NCBI GenBank assembly: GCA_902785935.1
Contig: CADAAN010000006.1
Coordinates: 4,309 to 68,308, forward strand
Length of the DNA stretch: 64,000 nucleotides
Direction: 5' to 3'
Source of the DNA: an uncultured Pseudomonadota bacterium
GTDB taxonomy: Bacteria > Pseudomonadota > Alphaproteobacteria > RF32 > CAG-239
In this document: positions 9,949-18,404 of the stretch, piece after piece
Layout: each line of letters opens with the position of its first letter
How positions within the stretch are numbered: the first letter of the stretch is position 1
Notes under the pieces: generated by a model
What the model saw: only the letters and a program-made list of their open reading frames with translations
Told to the model about the DNA's origin: nothing
Database searches by the model: none
Position numbers and translations under genes: made by a program

Positions 9949-9997
9949 TTCTAAAAAAGCAACCCGCCGGCATAGCCTGCGGGTTGTTTTTTTTGAC

Positions 9998-12169
9998 TTA
10001 TGCAGCTTTGGAAAGCTCTGATAAAACATCCTTTTTCAAGGTGACGTTATCAACCTTTCCGGTTGCGGACATCGGGATTTTATCCCGATAAATTATCTGG
10101 CGCGGCAGATAAAGCTCAGGATAGCCGTTTTGCTTGATAAATTCACGCAACATTTCGGTATTAAGCGTTTTTTCGTTGGTTACAACAACAATTTGCTCAC
10201 CTTTCTGTTCATGCGGTACGGCTACGACACCACAGCAAAAATCATCTCTACCGGAAAAAGCGCTGTTAATCATATTTTCAACCGCTTTTAATGAAATCAT
10301 CTCACCGCCGACCTTGGCAAAACGTTTGATACGGTCTTTGATCGTGATAAATCCGATTTCATCAATCTCAACAACATCACCTGTGTGATACCAACCGTTG
10401 TGCGGCGGTACCAAAACCCCCGGATTGTCGGCAAAAATATAACCCTTCATCACATTCGGCCCCTTGACCACAAGCTCACCGCCGCGTTCAATACCGTCTA
10501 CTTTTTCAAGACGACATTCCATTCCCGGACAGAGTTTGCCGATGGTGCCGAATTTATTAAATACCATGTTGTTGCCTGCAACAGCCGGAGAACATTCCGT
10601 CGTGCCATAGGCTTCCATCAGACGTGTGCCCAATCGCTCATTTAATAAATTGCGTGTATCAAGCTTGACGCCTTCTGCTCCCGCATAAACAAGCCTTAAT
10701 GACCCGAAATCAAGCGGATGCGAAATTTTGGCATAGCTTCTGAAGAATGTATCCGTACCAATCATCACTGTTGCACTTAATTCATAAAGCAAATCCGAAA
10801 TGACGCGAAAATGGAGCGGAGAGGGGTACAAAAAGACTTTTGCACCTTGATAAAGAGCATAAAGTGTGCCTAATACAAGCCCGAAACTGTGGAAAATCGG
10901 CATTGAATTTAAGACAATATCACGCTTGTTTAAGGTTTCAAAAGTCGCAATTTGCCATACGTTTGAAATCACGTTTTGATTTGACAATACAACGGCTTTC
11001 GGTGCACCTTCCGAGCCTGAGGTAAACAAAATAACGGCTGCATCGTCAGGGGTTGCTTTATATGGCACATATTTGACTTTGTATTGCAATAAGGCCAAAA
11101 TTTTTGCAAAAATCGAAACAGACCGTCCGACTTCTTCTAAAAAAATCACCTCAAATCCGGCATTTGTAATCGCTTCAGCCAGCGGTTCTAATCCCGCTTT
11201 TTTGATAAACATTTTTGATGTAATCACTTTTTTTGCCTGAACGGTTTTAAGCCCGCTTATTACATTCTGTGCACCGGCAGAAAAGTTAATCATGACAGGC
11301 ACTTGTCCATAGGCATTTAAGCCGAAAAATGTGCATATAGCCGCAACGGAATTCGGAAGCATCACGGCAACCGGCTCTTTCTTGTCCGAAATGAGAGAAA
11401 AATGACGCCCCAAAACATACGATGCAAGCATAATATCCTTAAAAGTTTTGGGTTTGCGCGTAATATCTTCCAAAACGTATGGACGACGCAGGCCAAAGCA
11501 TCTCTTTGCATGAATTTTTGAGGCTTTAATCAATTGTGTAAAGACCGTCATTTTTTTATCATAAATCGATTCAAACATTTGCTCACGCATAATCATGTAA
11601 ATTTCATTTGAAATGTGATTACGTTGATGCCTGAGCTCTGCCTTAAGCTTTAAGGGACGGGGTGCGTCAACAACAATTTTGACATGCGGAAAATAACGAT
11701 GCGGTAATTTTCCGCCTGTTTTTGAAAAATGGCAATACTGCAAGCCGTTAATCCAAATCGGTATGACGGGCGAATCCGTTTTATCGGCAAGAAGCCCCGC
11801 TGATTCATAAATCTTCATAATATTACCGTTGGTTGTCATACGTCCTTCCGGAAAAATGACGCAAAGGCGGCCGGAATTAACCGTTGAAATCAAATGCTTT
11901 AAGTCCGGTACGTCAATATTGTCATGTTTGACAACATCAGCCGTTTTTAAAAACAAACGTACCCAATAGTTGCGATAGAGTTGCCCGTGCAATGCAAAAA
12001 CCGGATTGCCGGGTAAAAACGCAAAAAGCACAATCGGATCAACCCATGATACGTGGTTTGAAATATATACGCCCTTTTTGGGAAGTTTATCAACGTCAAA
12101 ACGCATTTCAAAACGAACCTTAAAGGTCTTAAAAAAACATCTTAAAAGAAAGCGAACAATATCGCGCAT
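9998..12169 (-). CDS. aas: bifunctional 2-acylglycerophosphoethanolamine acyltransferase / acyl-ACP (AMP-forming) synthetase
   Basis: N-terminal PlsC motif NHVSWVDP and FPEGRMT; C-terminal AMP-binding motifs (FTSGSEGAPKAV, YGTTEC, TGDVVEIDEIGF); 723 aa. Confidence 0.8.
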   Translation of the reverse strand: MRDIVRFLLRCFFKTFKVRFEMRFDVDKLPKKGVYISNHVSWVDPIVLFAFLPGNPVFALHGQLYRNYWVRLFLKTADVVKHDNIDVPDLKHLISTVNSGRLCVIFPEGRMTTNGNIMKIYESAGLLADKTDSPVIPIWINGLQYCHFSKTGGKLPHRYFPHVKIVVDAPRPLKLKAELRHQRNHISNEIYMIMREQMFESIYDKKMTVFTQLIKASKIHAKRCFGLRRPYVLEDITRKPKTFKDIMLASYVLGRHFSLISDKKEPVAVMLPNSVAAICTFFGLNAYGQVPVMINFSAGAQNVISGLKTVQAKKVITSKMFIKKAGLEPLAEAITNAGFEVIFLEEVGRSVSIFAKILALLQYKVKYVPYKATPDDAAVILFTSGSEGAPKAVVLSNQNVISNVWQIATFETLNKRDIVLNSMPIFHSFGLVLGTLYALYQGAKVFLYPSPLHFRVISDLLYELSATVMIGTDTFFRSYAKISHPLDFGSLRLVYAGAEGVKLDTRNLLNERLGTRLMEAYGTTECSPAVAGNNMVFNKFGTIGKLCPGMECRLEKVDGIERGGELVVKGPNVMKGYIFADNPGVLVPPHNGWYHTGDVVEIDEIGFITIKDRIKRFAKVGGEMISLKAVENMINSAFSGRDDFCCGVVAVPHEQKGEQIVVVTNEKTLNTEMLREFIKQNGYPELYLPRQIIYRDKIPMSATGKVDNVTLKKDVLSELSKAA

Positions 12170-12352
12170 TTTATTTGTCCTTATCTGTTTTATATTTTAT
12201 GATGTTAAAATACATATGATAGTGCAAAATGTAAAGTAGGCACTTTGGGGAAACTATTGAAAATCTGTGCATAAATTTATCATTTCGGTAAATTTGGCTT
12301 GAGCTTGATTTATGCATAAAATTATGCTATATTTAAGTAAAGGAGAAGAGTT

Positions 12353-12736
12353 TTGAAAAAAAAATTTTTGTTACTTGCAACCATATTGTTGCTTTTTGCC
12401 TGCAAACCCGATGTTTTAAGCCTCAATGATGACGGCAAAACGTTTCGTACCAATGTGGGAAAAAGCTTTCAGCTTTCACTGCCCGAAAATACTACAACCG
12501 GATATCGTTGGCATTTTAAAACAGAACCTGAAAGCCAAATGGTTATCACCTTTGTTTCAGACGAAACCGTAAGACCTCAGACAAAACGCTTGGGCGCCGG
12601 TTCTAACAGAATTTTTACCTATCAGGCAACAAACAGCGGTGTCGTCAAGCTTAAAGGTTTTCATTCCCGCCCGTGGGAAAGCAGCGAAAATCAACAAATT
12701 CCCGCTGTCGAATATACAATTATCGTCAGACCGTAA
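12353..12736 (+). CDS. chagasin-family (I42) peptidase-inhibitor-like lipoprotein
   Basis: Signal peptide with lipobox LFAC; PENTTTGYRWHF resembles chagasin NPTTGY.W motif. Confidence 0.5.
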   Translation: MKKKFLLLATILLLFACKPDVLSLNDDGKTFRTNVGKSFQLSLPENTTTGYRWHFKTEPESQMVITFVSDETVRPQTKRLGAGSNRIFTYQATNSGVVKLKGFHSRPWESSENQQIPAVEYTIIVRP

Positions 12737-12742
12737 CAGTTA

Positions 12743-13306
12743 TCAGATTGCTTTTGATATCATTAAGGCTAAATCTGCCAAAAGACGGCTTTGTGCCTTG
12801 GCATAATCGGCATATTTGCGGCCGGCCGGTGTCTTGAATTCAAAATCAGATTGCTTTATCACTTTGTTTGACGGTGTCAAAATTTGATAAACGCCTCTCA
12901 AAACAGCGTCTTGTCCGAAATATCCGCTCATTTTTTCGATGTTGACTTTGATGATGTACTGTGCATTCGAGCCGTATAAAAGCGGCTTGATGGTTGACTG
13001 AGGCATAATAGTTTGCAAATCTTCAATCAATGTATTTTGAATCATAGCCTCTAAATCAGAAGCCCAACGATTAAACTCTGAAACCTTAAGCTCGGGCGAA
13101 TCGCTTTTTTGCAAGACAATCTGCGGCTTTTGCAAATAATCGGGCAGAGTGATGTCATAAACCGCAATGTTTATTTTTTTCTTTGAAATGCTGCTTGCGG
13201 TATTCGTGCTTTCAAGCAGATAAAATGTGCTGTTCGGAGTTGCAAAAAAACAACCTTCAAGCATTAAAATCATCAAAAAAAGTACAATTTTTTTCATGTT
13301 ATTCAC
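12743..13306 (-). CDS. ABC-transport auxiliary lipoprotein (DUF330/YmbA-like)
   Basis: Lipobox LEGC; last gene of mla-like operon. Confidence 0.55.
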   Translation of the reverse strand: MNNMKKIVLFLMILMLEGCFFATPNSTFYLLESTNTASSISKKKINIAVYDITLPDYLQKPQIVLQKSDSPELKVSEFNRWASDLEAMIQNTLIEDLQTIMPQSTIKPLLYGSNAQYIIKVNIEKMSGYFGQDAVLRGVYQILTPSNKVIKQSDFEFKTPAGRKYADYAKAQSRLLADLALMISKAI

Positions 13307-14105
13307 CTTTTTTACCTTTAATGACAGAATCCGGATGACGTTCTAAATAATCCGCCAAATTTTTAATAGATTTAGATGCATTTGACACATCTTTCAAGGT
13401 TTGATTGAGCTGATTTAAGCTTTGGTTTGTTTGCGGTATGGACTTGTCAAGATATGACCCGAGCTTTGTCCCTGTCGTTTCATACGTTTTAATCAGGCCG
13501 GGCAAATCATTTTCAAGCTTTTCAAGCACATTATCAAAGCGCCTGATAATTTGCTTTAAGGGCAAATCCTGAATATCACGCGCAAAGTTGCCGAAGGCTG
13601 ACAATGTCGTCGGAATTTCAAGTATTTTATGACCATCGTCATCGGCATCATCTTCATTGACGTGATAAATGATTGGTGAAGTTTCATCCCAGAAAAGATC
13701 AATCATCAATTGACCCGTCAAAAAGTTTTGCGTATCAAGTCTTGCGCGCAAGCCTTTTTTAATCAAGAGCTCTAAAAACTCACGGCGCGTGACATGATTT
13801 GAAAAACTCATGTGGCTGAAATCGTTGTCTTGCGAAAAGCGAACATATACGGGAATTGAAAATTCAAGTGTTTTCGGGTCTGTTTTAATCTCTATTTTAA
13901 CAACCTTTCCGACCTGAACACCTTCATACACAACGTTTGAACCGATATTCAGTCCGGCAATCGATTCCGAAAAATACATCACAACAAGGTTGCGCTTGCT
14001 TGCCATGTAATTTTGCACAATGTTTTTGCCGATAAGAAAAATCAGCAAAACAAGTGATGCAAGCATAAAAAAGCCGATAAGTTTTTTGTTGGGTTCTTTT
14101 TTCAT
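13299..14105 (-). CDS. mlaD: MCE-domain substrate-binding protein (MlaD-like)
   Basis: N-terminal TM anchor then Mce domain (YFSESIAGLNIGSNVVYEGVQVGKV). Confidence 0.75.
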   Translation of the reverse strand: MKKEPNKKLIGFFMLASLVLLIFLIGKNIVQNYMASKRNLVVMYFSESIAGLNIGSNVVYEGVQVGKVVKIEIKTDPKTLEFSIPVYVRFSQDNDFSHMSFSNHVTRREFLELLIKKGLRARLDTQNFLTGQLMIDLFWDETSPIIYHVNEDDADDDGHKILEIPTTLSAFGNFARDIQDLPLKQIIRRFDNVLEKLENDLPGLIKTYETTGTKLGSYLDKSIPQTNQSLNQLNQTLKDVSNASKSIKNLADYLERHPDSVIKGKKGE

Positions 14106-14857
14106 TAATCTTTTCCTCTCAATAAAAATTGTTTGACACGCTCATTCGGCGGATTTTTTAAGATATCATGCGGGTTGCCGGAGGCTGTGATGGTTTTTGT
14201 TGTTGCATCAAGATAAATTGAGTTGCTTGCAATGGCAAAAATTGATTGCAACTCGTGTGTGACAACAACAAGTGTTGTATTTAAGTTTTTGTTAATCTCA
14301 ATCATCAATTCATCAAGTCTTGCGGAACTGACAGGGTCAAGACCGGCGGAAGGCTCATCAAAATACACAATTTCAGGATCAAGCGCCAAGGCTCTGGCAA
14401 GGCCTGCACGCTTTTTCATGCCGCCGCTGATTTCGGAGGGATAATAATCTTCATAACCCGAAAGCCCGACAAGTGCCAGCTTTAAGGCCACAAGTTCATC
14501 AATCGTTTTTTGATTATAATCACTGTATTGATTGAGCGGTAGGGCAATGTTCTCTTTTAATGTCATGGATGAAAATAAAGCACCGCTTTGATATAAAATG
14601 CCTGTTTTTTGACGCAATGCCTCTTTTTGAACAGCATTTGAAGTGTTAAAATCAAGCCCCAATAAGTCAAATGACCCGTTAAGCGGCGGCATCAATCCCG
14701 TTAAAACTTTCAATAAACTGCTTTTGCCGCAACCAGATCCGCCCATAATGATAAAAATATCGCCTTTTTTAACCTCAAAATCAGCATTTTGAAGCAAAAC
14801 TTTTTTACCATAACCGATACTTAAATTTTTGGCTTTAATCACTGCGTTTGTCATATG
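14105..14857 (-). CDS. mlaF: ABC transporter ATP-binding protein (MlaF-like)
   Basis: Walker A GGSGCGKSS, signature ISGGMKKRAGLARAL, Walker B IVYFDEP; start set to MTNAVIKAKNL. Confidence 0.8.
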   Translation of the reverse strand, partial: HMTNAVIKAKNLSIGYGKKVLLQNADFEVKKGDIFIIMGGSGCGKSSLLKVLTGLMPPLNGSFDLLGLDFNTSNAVQKEALRQKTGILYQSGALFSSMTLKENIALPLNQYSDYNQKTIDELVALKLALVGLSGYEDYYPSEISGGMKKRAGLARALALDPEIVYFDEPSAGLDPVSSARLDELMIEINKNLNTTLVVVTHELQSIFAIASNSIYLDATTKTITASGNPHDILKNPPNERVKQFLLRGKD

Positions 14858-15957
14858 CCCATCCTTTGAAAACAAAAAGTGATTAAACCCGTTGCGATAA
14901 TCATCCAAACAATGCTGTACACCACGGCAGAAGTCGTTGATTTACCGACGCTGTCCGCATCTCTACCGCAATTGATACCGAAATAGCATCCTGACAATGC
15001 AATGATAAAACCGAACACAAACGCATGAAAAAGACCGACCAAAAAATGCTTCAAAAACCACGCGTTATAAGCATATTTGAAAAACTCACTGTAAGGAATG
15101 TTTAAGGCTAAAATACCGACGGCGGCACCACCTAAAATACCTGCAAAGTCAGCAAGCATTGTAAGTAGGGGCATTGTTACGACAAGTGCTTTGAGGCGCG
15201 GTAAAACCAAAAATTCAGATACGTTGATGCCCATCGTTTTTAAGGCATCAATTTCTTCATTGACCTGCATGGTACCGATTGTCGCGGCAAATGATGCACC
15301 CGTACGGCCGGCCATAATGATACCGACCATAATGGCACCCATGATGCGCGTCATACCGATTGTTACCAAACTTGCAACATAAACTTCGGCACCGAACATT
15401 TGCAACTGTACCGCACCGACAAAAGCCAAAATGAGCCCGACCATAAAGCTGATTAACAAAACAATCGGAAGCGCTTTCGGCCCGCAATCTTGCAAGGCAA
15501 ACAAAAAGTCAACATCGCGTGTGGTTGTCCTTCTCAAAAATGAGGAAAAAAATATCCTCAAATTATGCAAAGTAAATTTTGTTGTTTTACGAATCGTCTG
15601 ATAAACGCGAATGGTCAAATCACCCGCTTTTTCCAAAAAGCCGATGCGCGGGGCAGGGGCAAGTTCGGATGCTCTCGGTACGGAAAGCGCAAGCTTAATC
15701 AAAGCCTCAACGCCGTTCGGCAATTTTGATGCTTTGATAACAATATTTTTTTGACTTGCCTTTTGATACAGTTCATACAGCATCACTAAAAATGAGGAAT
15801 CCCATTTTTCAAGCAAAGAAGAATCAATTAAAATTTTGGTGATTTTTTGCGCGTTGATTTGTTCAAACAAAGCCTGCGGCAAATCTTGTTTTACAAAATC
15901 ACCGACAAGATAAATGTTGAGCGCATCGCCCTTTATGTCAAATTTCATCGTTTCCAT
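14851..15957 (-). CDS. mlaE: ABC permease (MlaE-like) with N-terminal STAS/MlaB-like domain
   Basis: C-terminal multi-TM permease; ~100-aa N-terminal STAS-like module. Confidence 0.7.
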   Translation of the reverse strand: METMKFDIKGDALNIYLVGDFVKQDLPQALFEQINAQKITKILIDSSLLEKWDSSFLVMLYELYQKASQKNIVIKASKLPNGVEALIKLALSVPRASELAPAPRIGFLEKAGDLTIRVYQTIRKTTKFTLHNLRIFFSSFLRRTTTRDVDFLFALQDCGPKALPIVLLISFMVGLILAFVGAVQLQMFGAEVYVASLVTIGMTRIMGAIMVGIIMAGRTGASFAATIGTMQVNEEIDALKTMGINVSEFLVLPRLKALVVTMPLLTMLADFAGILGGAAVGILALNIPYSEFFKYAYNAWFLKHFLVGLFHAFVFGFIIALSGCYFGINCGRDADSVGKSTTSAVVYSIVWMIIATGLITFCFQRMGI

Positions 15958-16074
15958 TTTCTTTTGATAAATAAACCCTCAAATTTTGAATGTCAAAGAA
16001 AAATCATCGTTTTTCAGATGTATTTTTAATTTTTTTGTTTGACTTTTATTTTAAAGTATGCCATAATCAAAAGC

Positions 16075-16236
16075 GTAACCAAAATGGTTATGGTGTTTAG
16101 ATAACACATTCGAGTTAAGGCTCCTTTGAAAGAGGAGTTGTTGATATAAGGCAATTTTTGCTCGAATAAGACAAACTGTAACTCGACAGTTATCTAGCTC
16201 CTCCATTTTGAGATTTTTCAAGATGGATTTTTTTTT
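16075..16236 (+). promoter_or_regulatory. type-1 conserved 5' leader (structured RNA with terminal attenuator hairpin) upstream of LRR gene
   Basis: Begins GTAACCAAAATGGTT 7 nt after promoter TTGACT-17-CATAAT (16039..16067); conserved boxes CTCCTT..AGGAG, GATATAAGG, TCGAATAAG, AGCTCCTCC; ends in hairpin ccattttg..caagatgg + T9. Confidence 0.7.
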
Positions 16237-16265
16237 CGATGGTTTAAAAAATAAGGAGAAAAAAT

Positions 16266-17324
16266 ATGAAGAAATATGTTTGGGTTTTTGGACTTATTTT
16301 AAGTTATAATGCACAAGCTTATGATTATAATGATTGTTTTGGTGCAAGCGGATGTCAGCCCTGTCCGAATAGTACGGACGGCAAATGTTTTTATGCTGTT
16401 GAAGGCAGCAAAATGACAATTTATGGCCCGACATCAACCGAACAAAATGCAGATGGCAGCTTAAAAGAAACAACATCGATTCCGCGTTATGCCTTTACCA
16501 ACAGCGATAATGCCAGCAATTTGCCGGAAAATATCACTTCTCTTGAAATAACAGGTAATATCACAACCGTTGAAGGTTATGCTTTTTGCTCTGCCCCTCT
16601 GACAAATGTACAATTTCCTGAGACACTTGAAACAATATCGGAATTGGCTTTTTGGAACAATAATTTATCACAAATCAATTTTCCTAATTCGCTTAAAAAT
16701 ATAGAAGAAGGTGCTTTTAATTGGAATCCATTTTCAGAAATTAATTTACCCGACGGATTAATGACGCTGGAGGGGTTAACAGGTGTTCCCCTGGGGCATG
16801 TTGTTATTCCGGATTCGATTGCAGAGGTTAAAGATGCGATTTTTTCTTCAAACTATCGTTTGCAATCATTGGTTGTCGGCGCAGACACAATGCTTGGCAA
16901 TATTTTTACCTACACAACAGGGGCTGTTAGTGTGCAATTTGATAAATTCAAGATGTTTTGCGCAGAAAATAACGGCTCATGCACAACAGCTTTGCAAAGT
17001 GCCGGTGCAACACAAGAACAAATTGCGCAAATACTGATAAGTTATACAAAAGATGACGCAACAGGCGTTTATCAAACAAGTGACGGAAAATATTATGCCG
17101 ATGTCAATTTGATGGCAAGACAAATGGCTTGCGAAAATAAGCAAAGCTGTGAAATTGCCAGTGCTGATATTCGGGCAGGTCGTCCTTTTGATATGAAAGG
17201 AAAATCTTACGCATCTGTCGATGATTTCATTCAAGGAAAATATATTCCAAAGCGTATCTATACCATCGATGAAGCCAATCATGTCGCGGGCAAGACAAAC
17301 ACTTTTACGATTCGGTATCGATAG
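16266..17324 (+). CDS. secreted BspA-type leucine-rich-repeat protein with conserved C-terminal tail
   Basis: Signal peptide MKKYVWVFGLILSYNAQA; Cys-rich N-module; LRR_5-like repeats (ITSLEITGNITTVEGYAF...); C-terminus PKRIYTIDEANHVAGKTNTFTIRYR shared with 4 paralogs. Confidence 0.8.
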   Translation: MKKYVWVFGLILSYNAQAYDYNDCFGASGCQPCPNSTDGKCFYAVEGSKMTIYGPTSTEQNADGSLKETTSIPRYAFTNSDNASNLPENITSLEITGNITTVEGYAFCSAPLTNVQFPETLETISELAFWNNNLSQINFPNSLKNIEEGAFNWNPFSEINLPDGLMTLEGLTGVPLGHVVIPDSIAEVKDAIFSSNYRLQSLVVGADTMLGNIFTYTTGAVSVQFDKFKMFCAENNGSCTTALQSAGATQEQIAQILISYTKDDATGVYQTSDGKYYADVNLMARQMACENKQSCEIASADIRAGRPFDMKGKSYASVDDFIQGKYIPKRIYTIDEANHVAGKTNTFTIRYR

Positions 17325-17353
17325 AAAAAAATACATTATGAGCTTAAAACTTT

Positions 17354-17827
17354 TTAAAAAAACGGATTATAAGCCCATTGAAGCAGAGCTTGTCTTTGTT
17401 TTTTTCGGCAATCCAAGTCATACATCTGACAGTTCAAAAAAACTTGAGCTTTATGTCTTTTGAAAGCCTTCCAACGCTTGATTTGCAATTTATCAATTTC
17501 ATCAATACGGCGTCCCATATAATAGCGACAATACCACTGAAACCAACCGCGCGGATCAGGACCGATAATCCAACCGCGTTTTTGCCATTCTTGCAGGCTC
17601 ATACGTGATTTAACCCTAAAATAATTACACTCAACACACGGTTTTTCTTTGCTCAAAGGAGCATTTGTAAACCAATTTAAAGGAAATTCTTTGATGCAAT
17701 CATTTAAATAATGTCCCTCAAACACGCCGAGTTTAAGCATTTCATACGGAGTGAGCTCCGGGACAAAATCAGGTGCAAAGTCTTGTCCTTGCGGGGCGGC
17801 ATATGTATAGTGATAGCCTTTTTGCAT
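17354..17827 (-). CDS. hypothetical conserved protein
   Basis: ORF track; start trimmed to MQKGYHYTY; N-terminal extension in track looks spurious. Confidence 0.4.
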   Translation of the reverse strand: MQKGYHYTYAAPQGQDFAPDFVPELTPYEMLKLGVFEGHYLNDCIKEFPLNWFTNAPLSKEKPCVECNYFRVKSRMSLQEWQKRGWIIGPDPRGWFQWYCRYYMGRRIDEIDKLQIKRWKAFKRHKAQVFLNCQMYDLDCRKKQRQALLQWAYNPFF

Positions 17828-17944
17828 TTTATCTGAAACAACAATCATCAAGCAAAGATAATGGCGCATATTCGTTTTTTCAATAAATGCGATATAAAAA
17901 AAAGCCCCGCAAAATGCGGAGCATATCAATTTTATCAAATCAAA

Positions 17945-18187
17945 TTACATATCAAGTGCTTTTCGATATGTATCAATCAAAAATTCCTGCTCATCGCGAG
18001 AGGCAGCGTCCATCTTGCGCAATTTTAAGATGGCGCGCATAATTTTGACATCAAATCCGGCACTTTTTGCCTCAGCAAAAACCTCACGGATATCTGTTGA
18101 GATTTCTTTTTTATCTTCTTCCAATTTTTCAATTCTTTCGATAAGCGAACGCAATCTGTCGCTTGCAATACCACCGACTTCGGCCAT
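17945..18187 (-). CDS. gapR: DUF2312/UPF0335 nucleoid-associated protein (GapR-like)
   Basis: LRSLIERIEKLEEDKKEISTDIREVFAEAKSAGFDVKIMRAILKLRKMD closely matches alphaproteobacterial GapR family. Confidence 0.8.
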   Translation of the reverse strand: MAEVGGIASDRLRSLIERIEKLEEDKKEISTDIREVFAEAKSAGFDVKIMRAILKLRKMDAASRDEQEFLIDTYRKALDM

Positions 18188-18404
18188 TTTTTTCCTCCGT
18201 ATAAAATATGGTTAAACTTTTTTTCTGAGCTATGAGATAACAAAAAAAACAAAGTTTGACAAGAGATATTTTTGAATTTTTTTTTGTTTGATTGAGCTTT
18301 GAAGCATTTAAAACCAAAAATTATACCCCGCCCGTCAAATTTTGCTTGACGGGTTGTTTCTTTTTTTATACAAACCGATATATAGATAACAACGGAGAAA
18401 TATT

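Noticed and set aside
9745-9950. Possible two-piece (permuted) alphaproteobacterial tmRNA gene, suggested by two CCA-ending tRNA-like 3' ends separated by a GC-rich spacer
   Set aside because: Each CCA end is immediately followed by its own intrinsic terminator. No 5' acceptor strand (GCGCGCA-like) or tag-peptide reading frame ending in ..AA-stop could be found in the spacer. A tandem att remnant explains it better.
15098-15487. ORFs 15098..15382 (+) and 15257..15487 (-) inside mlaE
   Set aside because: They are antisense or out of frame and low-complexity (Ala/Pro/Cys-rich) translations inside a well-supported permease gene.
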